Source of the DNA: Octopus vulgaris | Lineage: Eukaryota | Assembly (NCBI GenBank): GCA_951406725.2 | Contig: OX597820.1 | Coordinates: 27,032,001 to 27,096,000, forward strand | Direction: 5' to 3' | DNA: 64,000 nt | Shown here: positions 40,691 through 54,057 of the stretch, one piece after another | Numbering within the stretch: the first letter of the stretch is position 1 | Layout: the number at the start of each line of letters is the position of its first letter | Program-made: the position numbers and the translations under genes | The notes under the pieces: generated by a model | Databases searched by the model: none | The model's input: only the letters and a program-made list of their open reading frames with translations | Told to the model about the DNA's origin: nothing

Positions 40691-41500
40691 ACTTATAAAT
40701 ACTATTAATATCAAAATGCATTTAAGCACCTTGGTGTAGATAAATAAAGTGATATGACAGGCCGCCGAACTAAACACTACAATATTCAGTTTCTCCATCA
40801 TTCACATTCTGTATTGAATTCACATTTGGATATATTTTCCCTTTCTTTCCAACACCCCTAGAAACTGATAAATGAATAACAATATCCTCATCATTTTATA
40901 ACCGCTTTCCGAGCTGGCATGGGTAGGATGGTTCGACAGGACCAGCCACTTTATAGAATTTACTGAATGCAATTTTTGTTGCATCAGCCCTATAGAGGTT
41001 GGTCTGCCACCAGCAAGACTAAACAGCTCATTCAGTCACCTTGTTGCCGCTTTTGGAATTGATCATCAAACACTTAGAGGGTACTCTGTGCTTTTCGTGA
41101 CACCAGCATTGATGGAGTCACCTTGTATCTTGCAAAGCGAAAGAGAGGACTACTTGATGGAAAGAAACATATTTATACTAGATATATTTGGTTGAATATA
41201 CCTGCTCTGTATAAATAGTTTTCTGGAGCTTAGTTAAAGCAAATCTATGACAATATTCAAAAACCTTCAAAGTTTATTTTAGTGTTGTGTCTCAATAATA
41301 TAATCTTTACATCTGAAAACATACCAAATTTGTAAATTAAATACTAAAAATGCATCATGCTATGGTCGAGTTAAAGTGATCGATAGACAGAAAAAATGTT
41401 AAAATGTTTGACAAATGACCAGAAGTAAATGTTTCTGTAAATTAAAGGTTTGAGTCTACCCGAAATAATCTTACCATTTTTATTAAAGTTGTATATGCTT

Positions 41501-41600
41501 GTATATGTATGGTTATCCTCAGCTCAGCCTGCACGTGTGTGTAGATGTATGGTTAACCTCGTCAGAGTCTGCTCATGTGTGCAGATGTATGGCTAATCTT
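41501..41600. repeat. 40-bp minisatellite, about 2.5 copies
   Basis: atgtatgg(t/c)ta recurs at 41501, 41541 and 41581 (period 40). Confidence 0.75.
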
Positions 41601-42143
41601 GATGGCTGTTGGTCCTAAGAATCAGTATTATATCGTCCAGTATTTGAATCAAACAGGTCGAAAGGCAGAAATATGCCTTTCGGTATTTGTTCAAGCTCTT
41701 TGCAATTTAAATTCTATGAAATGAATTTTGTCTTTTATAATTCCTTGTTACATGAATAAAGTATCAAGCTAACTGCTCACTGCCTATTTTCCTTGTCTCT
41801 GTATCTCTTTCTCTTTTTCTCAAAATCAGCAACACAACTCTGTGTAAGGGTCATGGGGGTGGAGTTCACTCACAGTATCTTTCATCCATGGTTATGAAGG
41901 AAGTTTGTGTCCTTTTCTAATCCGTCAAAACCACAGAATATTCCTAGAGCTAGGAACGAGAAGTGGAGAAAAAGGGATAGATTCGTGTGTGAGTGTGTGT
42001 GTGTGTGACCTGATTCCAGTTTAAGTACATTAAATATTAATTTGATGTTCTTTAATTACTTTCCGTTTTTCTGTAATCATTCATTTATTTCTGTAATTTA
42101 CAGAATCAATGTGCGTACAAGTTCTTGTTTTAAAATTCTGTCC

Positions 42144-42557
42144 AGGCGTAGGAGTGGCTGTGTGGTAAGTAGCTTGCTTACGAACCACATGGTTCTGAGT
42201 CCAGTCCCACTGCGTGGCACCTTGAGCAAGTGTCTTCTACTATAGCCTCTGGCTGACCAAAGCTTTGTGAGTGTATTTGGTAGAGAGAAACTGAAAAAAT
42301 CCCGTCGTATGTATGTATATATATATGTGTGTGTGTGTGTGTATGTGTATATGTTAGTGTGTCTGTATTCCTCCCACCAACATCGCTTGACAACAGATGG
42401 GGGTGTGTTTACGTCCCCGTAACTTAGCGGTTCGGTGAAAAAGACCGATATAATAGGTATCAGGTTTACAAAGAATAAGTCCTGGGTTCGATTTGCTCGA
42501 CTAAAGGCGGTGCTCCAGCATGGCCACAGTCAAATGACTAAAACAAGTAAAAGAGTA
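42144..42557 (+). mobile_element. SINE family A, full length
   Basis: Complete head, body and tail. Confidence 0.95.
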
Positions 42558-42719
42558 TACCTACAGTACTCCGTCCTTTGCTTTCCTTCTTTTTTTTTCT
42601 TTAACAAACTTCTTTGTTTATACTATATGTTTTTATAATTTTGACGTAAACATTGATGCATGAGGATGGGACCATGTGGCAAATAAAGAATTATTGGTTT
42701 TAGTCTTATTACAAGACTT

Positions 42720-42945
42720 CGAGTCGGCAGAATCGTTAGCACACCGCATAAACTGCTTCGTGGCAGCTCGTTCGTCTTTACATTTTCGAGTTCAAATTCC
42801 ACCGAAGTCGACTTTGCCTTTCATCCTTTCGGGCCTGATAAAAATAAACATCAATCGAGCACTTGGGTTGATGTATTTCACTAACGCCCTGCCCTGAAAT
42901 GTCAGACCTTGCGCCTACGTGCGATAAAATAAGTACGAATTGAAA
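42720..42945 (+). mobile_element. SINE family B
   Basis: ggcagaatcgttagcac..gtcgactttgcctttcatcctttcggg. Confidence 0.85.
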
Positions 42946-43009
42946 AAGAGGGGCAATGTAACCGACCAGACCATCCCTCAAAAATTTCAGACTTTGTAAT
43001 TGTAGCAGA

Positions 43010-43046
43010 AATAATAATAATAATCATGATAATAATAATAATCATG

Positions 43047-43119
<73 letters not shown>

Positions 43120-43400
43120 TGATAATGATGATGATGATGATAATAATAACAATAACAACAACATCAACAACAACAACAATAATAATAAGAAGAATGATAA
43201 TAATAATAATGATCATAATAAAAATAATGATGAAAATAATAAGAATGATAATGATGATAAAATAATAATAATATTATCATCATTATTATTATTATTATTA
43301 TAATTATTATTATTATTATTATTATTATAATTATTATTATTATTATTAGTAGTAGTAGTAGTAGTATCATCATCATCATCATCATCATGATCAACAACAT
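43010..43400. repeat. Compound trinucleotide tract (AAT/GAT/AAC)n switching to (ATT/AGT/CAT)n
   Basis: Seen directly. The strand polarity flips near 43272. Confidence 0.95.
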
Positions 43401-43864
43401 CATCGCCATTTTCTTGTTTTGTATGTTCCAATAATCACGGTCCATTGATCTCAATATTCCAGAAATTCTAATGATATCTCCTAATCGCATTAAAATATGC
43501 TTAATGAAACGTCAGATGAATTTTTATTAATATGTAACATCTTTAATTCTTCTGGACGTGCAACTGATACAGATGTTTTCCGTGGTTTTATGTATGTTTT
43601 TAAACGATGCCGAGTACTTGTGTACGAACTGGAATATCAGTGACAAGCGAGGATTACTGATGAAAGAAAGAAAATAAAGAAACGAAGAAACAAGGCTTTG
43701 AGGAGAGTATTTCATTTGGTATATCATCCTCCGTGGAAACGCATACATGAACACGTAGCTTTCATTTCATAACATACATGCGCATGATCACACACACATA
43801 CACATACACAACGATACACACACATATATATACTTATATATGTGTGTGTGCGTGTAGATATGTA

Positions 43865-43916
<52 letters not shown>

Positions 43917-43962
43917 CAAGCGACTTACCACACATCCACTCCTACGCCTATAGGTCAATGAA

Positions 43963-44010
<48 letters not shown>

Positions 44011-44011
<1 letters not shown>

Positions 44012-44403
44012 TCTTTACTTGTTTCAGTCATTTGACTGCGGCCATGCTGGAGCACCACCTTTAGTCGAGTAAATCGACCCAAGGACTTATTCTTTGTCAG
44101 CCTAGTACTTATTCTCTCGGTCGCTTTTGCCGAACCGCTAAGTTACAGGGACGTAAACACACCTGCATCGGTTGTCAAGCGATGTTGGGGAGACAAACAC
44201 AGACACACAAACATACACACATACATATACACATATATATATACATATATACGACGGGCTTCTTTCAGTTTCCACTCACAAGGCTTTGGTCGGCCCGAGG
44301 CTATACTAGAAGACACTTGCCCAAGGTGGGAGGCAGTGGGACTGAACCCGGAAGCATGTGGTTCATAAGCAAGCGACTTACCACACAGCCACTCCTACGC
44401 CTA
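44011..44403 (-). mobile_element. SINE family A, near full length
   Basis: Reverse complement of the family A consensus. Confidence 0.95.
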
Positions 44404-46570
44404 TAGGTCAATGAACCTATATATATAAAGTATGTGCGTGTGTGTATGTTTATGTATAGTTATCTGGTTTTCTTCAGCTACTATGAAAACAACATTGACG
44501 TAATGTTGTATACCAAAAAAGAAAAAAAAAACGAAAATGAAAAAGGAAGATATCTATGAACACACCCCAACTAATCCTAGTTGTTGGATACGACGTTGCT
44601 GAAGACAGTAGCAATATTCCATGCTTTCCAGTAATGTTTGCTTTCCTCTTGCCAATTAAACAAGGAACCACTTCAGTGCCCTGAGCATGTTCGTAACCAA
44701 CTCGTATCTCTAACTGCGCATGCGTCTATTACGAAACCAAACATAGCCACACACACACACAGAGTCGAGAAAGCGTATAAGTGCCCAGCACTAAGCTACT
44801 GCGGCTTTGATGCTGGCTCACTGGAAATCCTATATTCTGGTTTGTTTGAACAACTGCTTACAAATTTGATCTGGCATTCTGTTTTTTGTAAACTGATGAG
44901 ATTATAAAATGCCTGCACAAACAACGAAGTCTGAGAGATGACCTACTAGCCAAGATTCTGTATATTACACCTCTACTTTCTGGAACGGTGATGACAACGA
45001 TAAACCATGTGGTCAAATTTGTTTCAAATTTACGTGGGCTCTCGTCTGGTTCAACTACATGGTATCTTGAGAATATAATTCTTCTATAGTTTCGGTTTGA
45101 TTAATATGTAAATGAAATTGATAAAGAGTAAACTCTACTGAATACCATTGTATATGTGAGTATGTATGTTTATATCCAGCTTTATGTGTAAAGCCGTTTG
45201 AAAACATGTTTTTTCTTATGTCACGCCACTCAGTGATACGAGTAATAAAGATAAGTAAAAATAAACTCAACACATAAAAAAAAAAGAAAACCGGGATTGA
45301 AGTGATCGACTAAAGCCAGCCCAATAATAATAATGATAATAATAATAATGATAATAATAAAAAATAATGATAATAATAAAAATAAAAGTAACAGTTCTAT
45401 AGCAGTGTGTGATAGTGTATATACATGTTAAATGTTCTCGAATGTTTTAATCCAAACTTCTCCATACAAGAAAAGAATACACATGAGACATGAGAAAATA
45501 AAGGTTCTGTTGATCAAAAACTCTCTTCCACAAATTTTCACATTAGATACTCATACAGCAATGGCTTAAAAAAAAACTAGAACAAAATCGCCCTGCGATA
45601 TATAAAAGTTATTTGGACTCAGTGTTAGATTTAACAAAGGCTGAACTTAGTTTTGTGCCTCGTAATCCGCACAGGCTTCAAAATAATTAAAAGGTGTATA
45701 TGCTTTCAATTAATATGAAGCATTCTGGTACAATACTTTAGCGAGAAACCAAGAAACTTTATATAGTTATACAGTTTATGGTTTCACCAAGTATAAAATC
45801 CGGCTCTACCTACAATCAATTCATCTACCATTGTAGTTCAAGATCCCTGAGTGGGGTTTTAACAATGCTCATCCTTAGATTTACCCATCGTCCCGCATTT
45901 TGTCAAAAATAAAGAGAGAATAAAATAGTAAATTATCTTAAACAAATTATGTTCTTCCATCCACTATGTACTCTTTAATTAGATATTAGCGAGGACAAGT
46001 CCCCACTAAGTTAAATTATAATGGAAATTACTAAAGGAGGCGGAAACTTATATGATGGAATTATGCGGGGTCTTGGCGCATCGTCAATCATGTTGCCGGT
46101 CATTGATAACACAATATCCTTCACATATACAACCGAGGAATATTTTTTGAAGATATTATTTAAAATATAAATATTTTACCTTGTTTAATAGTTAATTTCT
46201 TAGTAAAATCGTGACCCCTCTCGTATTCCTGGTCCCAGACCTGCCAAATATCCCTTCGATAATTGCCGGTCCCAATTGAGTGCTCAACGTCCCCAAGAGA
46301 AAGCTGCCGTGTAAGCTACAAATCAATAATATCAGTTCCCTAATAAACCATCGGTGAAAAGATTCAATTAGGACATAATAGCCTCCATAATTTGTTATTC
46401 CAGATATTGGAGATGATACTTAAGCGGAAACAAACATTTTAAAAAGCTAGGTTCAAGCTAGACAAGACAGACGCAAGACAGAAATAATTAAATCCAGAAA
46501 GTGGGGTGTCAACATAACGCTTCTCACCATTACACACATTCATACACACACACACATGTATATATGTGTA

Positions 46571-46606
<36 letters not shown>

Positions 46607-46609
46607 CAT

Positions 46610-46988
46610 CGCGGCACTCCCTCGGTTACGACGACAAGGGTTGCAGTCGATACGATCAACGGAACAGCCTGCTCGAGAAATTACTGTGCAAGTGCACTTC
46701 ACAGACGCGCGTACCCTTAACGTAGTTCTCGGGGAGTTTCAGCGTGACACAGAGTGTGACAAGGCTGGCCCTTTGAAATGCACAGGTACAACAGAAACAG
46801 GAAGAAAGAGTGAGAGAAAGTTGTGGTGAAAGAGTACAGTAGGGTTCGCCATCACCCCATGCTGGAGTCTCGTGGAGCTTTAGATGTTTTCGCCCAAAAA
46901 ACATTCACAGCGCCCGGTCTGGGAATCGAAACCACGATCACACGACAGCGTGTCCGCTGCCCTAAACACTGGGCCATTGCGCCTTCAC
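46610..46988 (-). mobile_element. SINE family C (H1+M1+T1)
   Basis: Reverse complement closely matches 5886-6264. Confidence 0.92.
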
Positions 46989-47013
46989 ATAATATACATA
47001 TGTAGATATGTAT

Positions 47014-47089
<76 letters not shown>

Positions 47090-47929
47090 GGAGAGATGGA
47101 GTGACGGAGAGAATGCATTTGAGAACCAATATATAGATTTATATGTGCTCGGGTATTTGTTAGTTAAGGTAAAGAAGAGAAAAGCTTACCTAAATTCTGT
47201 CACGTGTTCAAAGTTTCCTCGACAACGTTAACGGCTAATCCCCGGTAAAAAATCCTTGATTATGATAACAAGTCTTCTAGAGACTTGATATAATGGCTCA
47301 AGAGAATGGCTTAATAATGCAGAAGCTAGTTAAATATATTTGAGATTATATGAAGGTTGAAAGCTATGGGTATAACACATAGGCGTTTCACCACAATCTC
47401 TGATAGAGTATGAGTGGCGGGCAGAGATTTAGTGGAAAAAAATTGGAGTAATGTACTGAAATGATTTGATCTCCGATTTCTTAATAGTGCTGGTGTTGCT
47501 GGTTGTGTAGCGGCGGTTAGCTTCAGCAACAGCAGCAGAAACAACGGCAACAGCAGCAGCAACTGTATTAGCAACAGCAGCAGCGTCGAAAAGTGTAATG
47601 TACGTTAGCTGACCACCAGAATGCGTACTGAGGTAGAATTATCCACAAGAGGACCTCGCTGAGGAGTAAAGGAATTACTTAGTCCGGGTACACAGATTCC
47701 AGGTATATGTACCAGATCTGTAAAGAGAGAAAAAAAAAGAAGAGAAAAGAGTGGTGATTAATATTTAAAAAAACATGGCGGTTTAATAAGATAATCATCT
47801 GGAAAAAATAAGAACTAACGATTAGTAAAAACAAAAAGCTATTCATTAAAAGGGGCAAAAGAATTAAAAACACAAAATTGAATAAAATAGCATTAGACAA
47901 GTTAAAATATCGTTTCAAATTCTTTCATT

Positions 47930-48065
47930 CTAATTTTGGCACAAGGTCAGCGAGTTGGAAGGCGGGCGAAATTGATCGCATCGACCTACTCCTCGATTAG
48001 TACTTTACTTTATCGACTACGAAAGAATGAAAGGTAAGGATTAGGACTCAGAACGTAAAGTGTTG
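47930..48065 (-). mobile_element. SINE family B fragment
   Basis: aattttggcacaagg..gaaagaatgaaagg..actcagaacgtaaag. Confidence 0.7.
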
Positions 48066-48158
48066 GAAAAACAGATGAAAATATAATTAACAGAAAGACA
48101 GAGAATTAGACCAAAAGCAAAAGAAAATTGAGATTGATACACACATATACACACACAC

Positions 48159-48244
<86 letters not shown>

Positions 48245-48271
48245 AAATATAAATATAAATATAAATATGTA

Positions 48272-48303
<32 letters not shown>

Positions 48304-48578
48304 GTAAGATCACCAGCCCTCTTCCACACGCACATGCAAACTCTCTTATACACGCACACGCGCACCTTCGTTTTGGGATCACCACTACTTTATTATCTCC
48401 CCTTCTCCCTAGCTCTCCTGTGTGACCCTTCTATCCGGCATTCGCCATGATAGATCGCTAGCCACTACACATTTTATATTTTCTCTCCTTGTTTCTTTCT
48501 GTGGAAGAGCGTAGGCTCAAAACCTTAAAGACTTTTTGACTTCCCGAGCGTTATATTAATACATCTGTTTGTTGTCTA

Positions 48579-48795
48579 CATCAAGTGCCGAAAATGAGCT
48601 TCTTATCTTCCAATGTAAAGGGTTACAGAATTAATACAGGTTATAGGAATATAAACCTTCTTCCACGAAAAGATAGCTTAAACTGTGTTCTAAATGGAGG
48701 TGTAGTCAAATCCTATTTTATGGATTCAACCATGTTCTAAAATAAGTCGAAAGGTAAGCTACTATAAATCGGTACGAACTTTCCAGACAATCCAA
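48579..48795 (-). mobile_element. Left end of a second copy of the 27619-28188 mariner element
   Basis: Reverse complement of about 27619-27842 (ggttacagaattaa..gtagtcaaatcctatttta..aactttccagacaatccaa|ta). Confidence 0.9.
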
Positions 48796-49286
48796 TATTT
48801 ACATACACGCGCTTGCTTGCGTATATATGCATGGCTGGATTATAGATTAAAAAGATATACATTTGAAAGGAGGATGTGATATGTTTCACAGATTATATAT
48901 AAGATATAGCTAAATTCTTGACCAATGCTCTTTAACCTTTCCTTTCTTTGTATTTGCACCCTTTAATAGTTCACCATCAAGGAATCCGCCCACACATGAT
49001 GAGAAAAAAGTAGTCTTGTATAAAGTACAATCTGTTACATAACGCTAACAGCTTTAACATTAAAAAGTTCTACAAGATGAAGATGGAAAGCGAGCGAAAT
49101 AGCAGCAGCAGCGGCAACAACAACAACAACAACAACAACAATCGCCTTGTGTGAATAATGCTAAAGAATTTTTGAACTGAGATAATGTTTGCTCATAGGA
49201 ATATCCAAATTTCGTGCAGAAATCGTCACACACTCCTGTGGTTCATAGATTTCCCAAAAACTTCTGACCTTGATTAAGCTTACACC

Positions 49287-49318
<32 letters not shown>

Positions 49319-49417
49319 TGTATGTATGTATGTATGTATGTATGTATGTATGTATGTATGTATGTATGTATGTATGTATGTATGTATGTGTGTGTGTATG
49401 TATGTATGTATGTATAT

Positions 49418-49540
49418 TTCCGCGGAGGTCGACTTTGCCTTTCACCCTTTCGGGGTCGATTAGATAAGTACCAGTTACGCACTGAGCTCGATGTAATCGA
49501 CTTAACCCCGTTGCCTGTTATACCAATATTTGTCTCTTCA
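49418..49540 (+). mobile_element. SINE-B 3' fragment embedded between (TATG)n and (CATA)n
   Basis: gaggtcgactttgcctttcaccctttcggggtcgattagataagtaccag. Confidence 0.85.
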
Positions 49541-49548
49541 TACATACA

Positions 49549-49580
<32 letters not shown>

Positions 49581-49795
49581 CATACATACATACATACATA
49601 CATACATACATACATACATACATACATACATACATACATACATTGCCCGGTCTGAGATTCGAACCCGCGATCCCGCTGCACTAACCACTAGGCCTCCGCC
49701 GTAATATATATGGTAGTGGTACAATATGTAACATACCGCATAAATTCCCTCTATGTTTAGCCTCCTGTGGGCCATGACAATAAGTATGTATATTC

Positions 49796-49839
<44 letters not shown>

Positions 49840-50779
49840 ATGTGTGTGTGTGTGTGTGTATACACAAACTTCAAAACTATTAATATGTAACTGAATTCGA
49901 ACTTTTACCCCCTGCTTTACATTTGACAACCCCACCTTACAAAATAAAGAGAGAAAGAGAGTGATAGGGAGAGAGAGTGAGAGAGAGAGAGAGTGAGAGA
50001 GAGTGAGTGAGAGAAGCGGATTTCTATATGTTAGAAAACAGTTGTATATGATATTAAAAAGTTATAACTCATTTTTAATCTCGGAATGAAAGTACAAAGT
50101 TTGTTCGTAATCCTCTTGCCAATTATAAACCACTTTCGGTTGTTGGCCAAAGATAGGGCATCACTGCAATTTATAATAATTCTACGACACAGCTTGATAT
50201 ATGTTTAACGTTACTAAGCAAATCCTCATCCGTTTCAATGAGCTTCGTCGATGAAAAACTTTTAAACGGTAGACATATAAAAGAATAAACGGTGTTAAAT
50301 TATTCCAATCAAAAACTGTAAGTAAATTATGGTCTAAACCCAACAAAAGCAAAATTTACCTTTAATGTATTGCACTAGCTTCCAATCGATAATGTCGACA
50401 AAAATTACTTTCTGCTGTGAAATATATTACTTGTCTCAGGTTAATTTGTGTCTGGCCCCGAATTAATAATGTCAAGGTACTTCTGAATGGTAATGTTATA
50501 TAGATAAACGACAAGGGTGTTCATTTAAATATATTACGTTACCATAGATATTATTAATCTCATGTCTTTTTTCTGTTTTGCTCAATTAACTTCCAGAATA
50601 TTCTCTTTCTTAAATGAAGTGTCTAATATTAAAGAAGCTCTTCTTTTATGAATTTCATTTTCGTCTTTGTGAAGCAATGTCAGAACAGTTAATTGGAATC
50701 TTAATTGAAGTAATATTTATGTTTTAAAACTATTTGCTACTTGGATAAGTTCCACCACTTTAACAACTTATATGACCGA

Positions 50780-51365
50780 GAGAAAAGCCTCTTATAATAC
50801 ATCGTTACCATAGAAGAGCCTTGGTTAGAGGGACTGGAAAAAAAGACGATAACATTGGGATTAGATATAGATTTGCCGAGAGTGGTGTAAAGACAGAATT
50901 CTAAGGCTAAATCAAGTTCCCTAGCCAGTGTGATCAAGAGAAAAACCTCTTATAATGCATCGTTACCATAGAAGAGTCTTGGTTAGAGGGACTGGAAAAA
51001 AAGACGATAACATTGGGATTAGATATAGATTTGCCGAGAGTGGTATAAAGACAGAATTCTAAGGCTAAATCAAGTTCCTTAGCCAGTGTGATCAAGAGAA
51101 AAACCTCTTAAAATACATTCTTATTACAGAGGAGCCTAGTTCAGTGAGACTGCGAAAATATACGATAGCATCGGGATAAGGCGTAGATTTTCGGAGAGTG
51201 GTATAAAAACAGAATCTGAAGGCTAAATCAAGTCCCCTAGTTATTAAATAAGAGCCTAATTTAGTGGAACTGAAAAATACGATAATGTTAGGATTAGATG
51301 TAAATTTGCGGAGAATGGTATAAAGATAGAATCTGAAGGCTAAATCAAGTTCCCTATTGAGTGTC
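50780..51365. repeat. 158-bp tandem repeat, about 3.7 copies
   Basis: gagaaaa.cctctta begins at 50780, 50938 and 51096. aaggctaaatcaagt occurs four times. Confidence 0.92.
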
Positions 51366-52970
51366 AACCCCTTTTAAAATAAATATAATTGTGAGATAGA
51401 ACTATACCACCAGGTAACTGGGTGCCGTCTCCGACTTATAGGCAAGGAATATTTAATATAATAGATGTGCGGGTATTCTGAAAATAACCCATGGAGTGAT
51501 GACCGAGCCCTGTATAGTTACCGGTTGCCCTTTGGCAAGGTATAACACCCGTTTAAACACCCTGTCAGAGATTCGGCAAATACATGGGGCTGCAGCATGG
51601 TGGTGGATTGGGAAGCGGTAGCGAAAGAGCTCAATTGAGCCAACAGTGCGTCTTACATTGATGCTGAGCGGAGGAATCTTAGAAGATCAACGGTCAGGAT
51701 CAAGGAACTCTATCAAGAGAGTAACTGAAACGCAGTCTACGGTTGCGTAATTAGCTAATGAAAGATTCACTGACTGAAGCTCCCAATTCAAATTCATAAT
51801 AATGGAATTGGATGGCAGCAGAGAGCCATGAGAATCTACGAAAGCAGCGTGACCGAAGAAGTTTTAATATCAAATATGGCGACAAATGTCTGTGTAATTT
51901 CGATTCCCCATTCAGAATGTGGTAGAATTTTTCCGATCATTAATACATATTTTGTATCATTCAAATGGTGTAAATATTCTTTTTCCAACTGTCTTCCAAC
52001 AAGTGGAATAAGCTTGCCCTAAGAAAAGCCGCAAACATACAATCGCAAAGTCCTATTCATTTCTTATATAATTTTGTAGAGCTGTCTGTTTATGAAATTA
52101 CTCCGTATTGCAATACATTCGCCTAAGCTAAATTCCACAACCCAATAATGATTATCTATGAAAGAAAGAAAGGAAAAATACTGGACTTCATTCATTGCTT
52201 TATGCATCTTCTTTCGCAATCATCGAGGTGTGTGTCAGAAGCAATTATTACGTTATATAACAGAAGTGTATTACAATACTAAAAACTTAACTTGTTTCCT
52301 ATCAAATACGAACTTTTCCAGACACTTCTTCAAAGTGAGCCAACAAAAGAGTTTCTAAGCGGTTGATCGTCCTGCTAGAAATAGTGATCAAATTTCCTTT
52401 AAACCAAATTGTATCGTGTTGAAAAAAAAAGCTGCAACACTCTGAATGATATAGCTATAGTTATACAATGTTTGGTAAAGAAAATAAACAGCCAAGAGAG
52501 TCGCTTTTGATCATAACCTAATCTGAGTTGGATGGCAACAATAACAAATATTCTATAATAAAAAAAAGGTGCCTATGAAGTCGTTTCAACTGCGCGAATA
52601 ACAGTTAAATCACTTTTACAAAAGACGCAACACATTTCAATAAAAAGAAAATGAAAATAAAACACTCGCGGCAAAACACCACTGATCTTATGATTGGGTT
52701 GTTCTGAACAAAAGCAGCAACAAGAACAACAGGAATAATCTTCTATCAAAGTAAAATTGCGACGGTTACTAACACTCTATCCAGATCTGAGAGTAAGTTA
52801 CAGAATTGAACGATAGTAAGTACAGTAATAAACAGATCTCCATCAGTTTCCACGAACAGTGCTCGATTGATCGGTTACGCTAATTCATTGAGCAGGAATG
52901 TGCCTACCTTTATTCCAGGCGGAATCTTTGCGAATCGGTGTGTGGCAAGGCCAACCCTTTGAATCCCTCG

Positions 52971-53005
<35 letters not shown>

Positions 53006-53010
<5 letters not shown>

Positions 53011-53276
53011 TTCCTGGTTCATTAGGGCCGGTTTCCCGGTTTCCTTGGAGTATAGGTTCCCCATCTGGACGGGACGTCGATCCGTCGCAGGTGAGCTGCA
53101 AATGCAGGAGGAAAGTTGTGGCGAAAGAGTCAGCAGAAGTTCGCCATTACCTTCTGCCGGAGCCGCGTGGAGCTTAGGTGTTTCGCTCATAAACACACAC
53201 ATTGCCCGGTCTGAGATTCGAACCCGCGATCCCTCGACCGCGAGTCCGCTGAACTAGCCACTAGGCCATGTGCCTC
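53006..53276 (-). mobile_element. tRNA-derived SINE (H1 + M1 + V-domain-like tail)
   Basis: The head and M1 match family C, but the tail is cacctgcgacggatcgacgtcccgtccagatgggg..ggaaaccggg, resembling the V-SINE cctgcgatggact.gc.tcccgtccag motif. Confidence 0.8.
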
Positions 53277-54057
53277 TGCCGTAATATATATATATATGCA
53301 TAAATATCCGACAAGCTCCCTTGTTTCTTGCAACTCATTTTCATTCACAAGGGCAGAATCGATCTGTAATATTAATAAAAGATACGCAGTGATATCTTAC
53401 TTATGACCCAGTAAGTAAGAACCGAACTTCTTACTCTTTTGTCATGTAATTTCCACAGATGGATGGTAGTGGTACAATATCAAGGTAAGTATATTTTAGA
53501 ACTCGGTGTTCTTTAAACAACAGAAGTGTTTGTGTGTGTATGTGATGAGAAAGAGATAGAGAAAAAGAGAGACAGAATATGGGAAAGGGAGAGAAAGAGA
53601 AGGAGAGAGGGAGAGAGAGGAGAGAGAGAGACTTGAAAGAGTTTGAACTCAGCTCACATTTCTGACGAAACTTTCGGCATTTTATTTTATTTCTGAGTGT
53701 CAACGAAGGAGCTTGTACGTCGTCGAAAGACCCGCTGAAAACAGTAATATATCGCACGACTCAAGCTGAAACATTTTGAAATAGGAAAAACCACGAGATA
53801 ATATTGTCCTGGAAACCTTAACGAAAAATATAAAAATATAAACAGCTGGATGCTCACGGCCGGAACGGCTGTTATCATCGTTTGGTTGGATTTTAAAATT
53901 TCCACAAATTGCGGTCCTTGGTTAAGCTAACTCTTTTGTTATACATAGCAACCTCACTCAAATAACACCCTAACTTTTATTTTACTTTTCAATAACAAAG
54001 AGCGATTATGAAATGACAACCCGAATACTCAAACTTCGGAATGGCAATAACTAGAAT

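Noticed and set aside
47500-47590. (CAG/CAA)n poly-Q-like tract as a coding exon
   Set aside because: It is short, flanked by stops, has no splice context on the plus strand, and is a simple repeat.
48495-48545. gtggaagagcgtaggctcaaaacc hammerhead-like string
   Set aside because: Both CUGANGA and GAAA are broken and only a 4-bp stem remains, which is too weak to call.
50780-51365. Regularly spaced repeats as a CRISPR-like array (also 1396-1585 and 41501-41600)
   Set aside because: The whole unit repeats with no unique spacers, there are no cas genes, and the context is eukaryotic.
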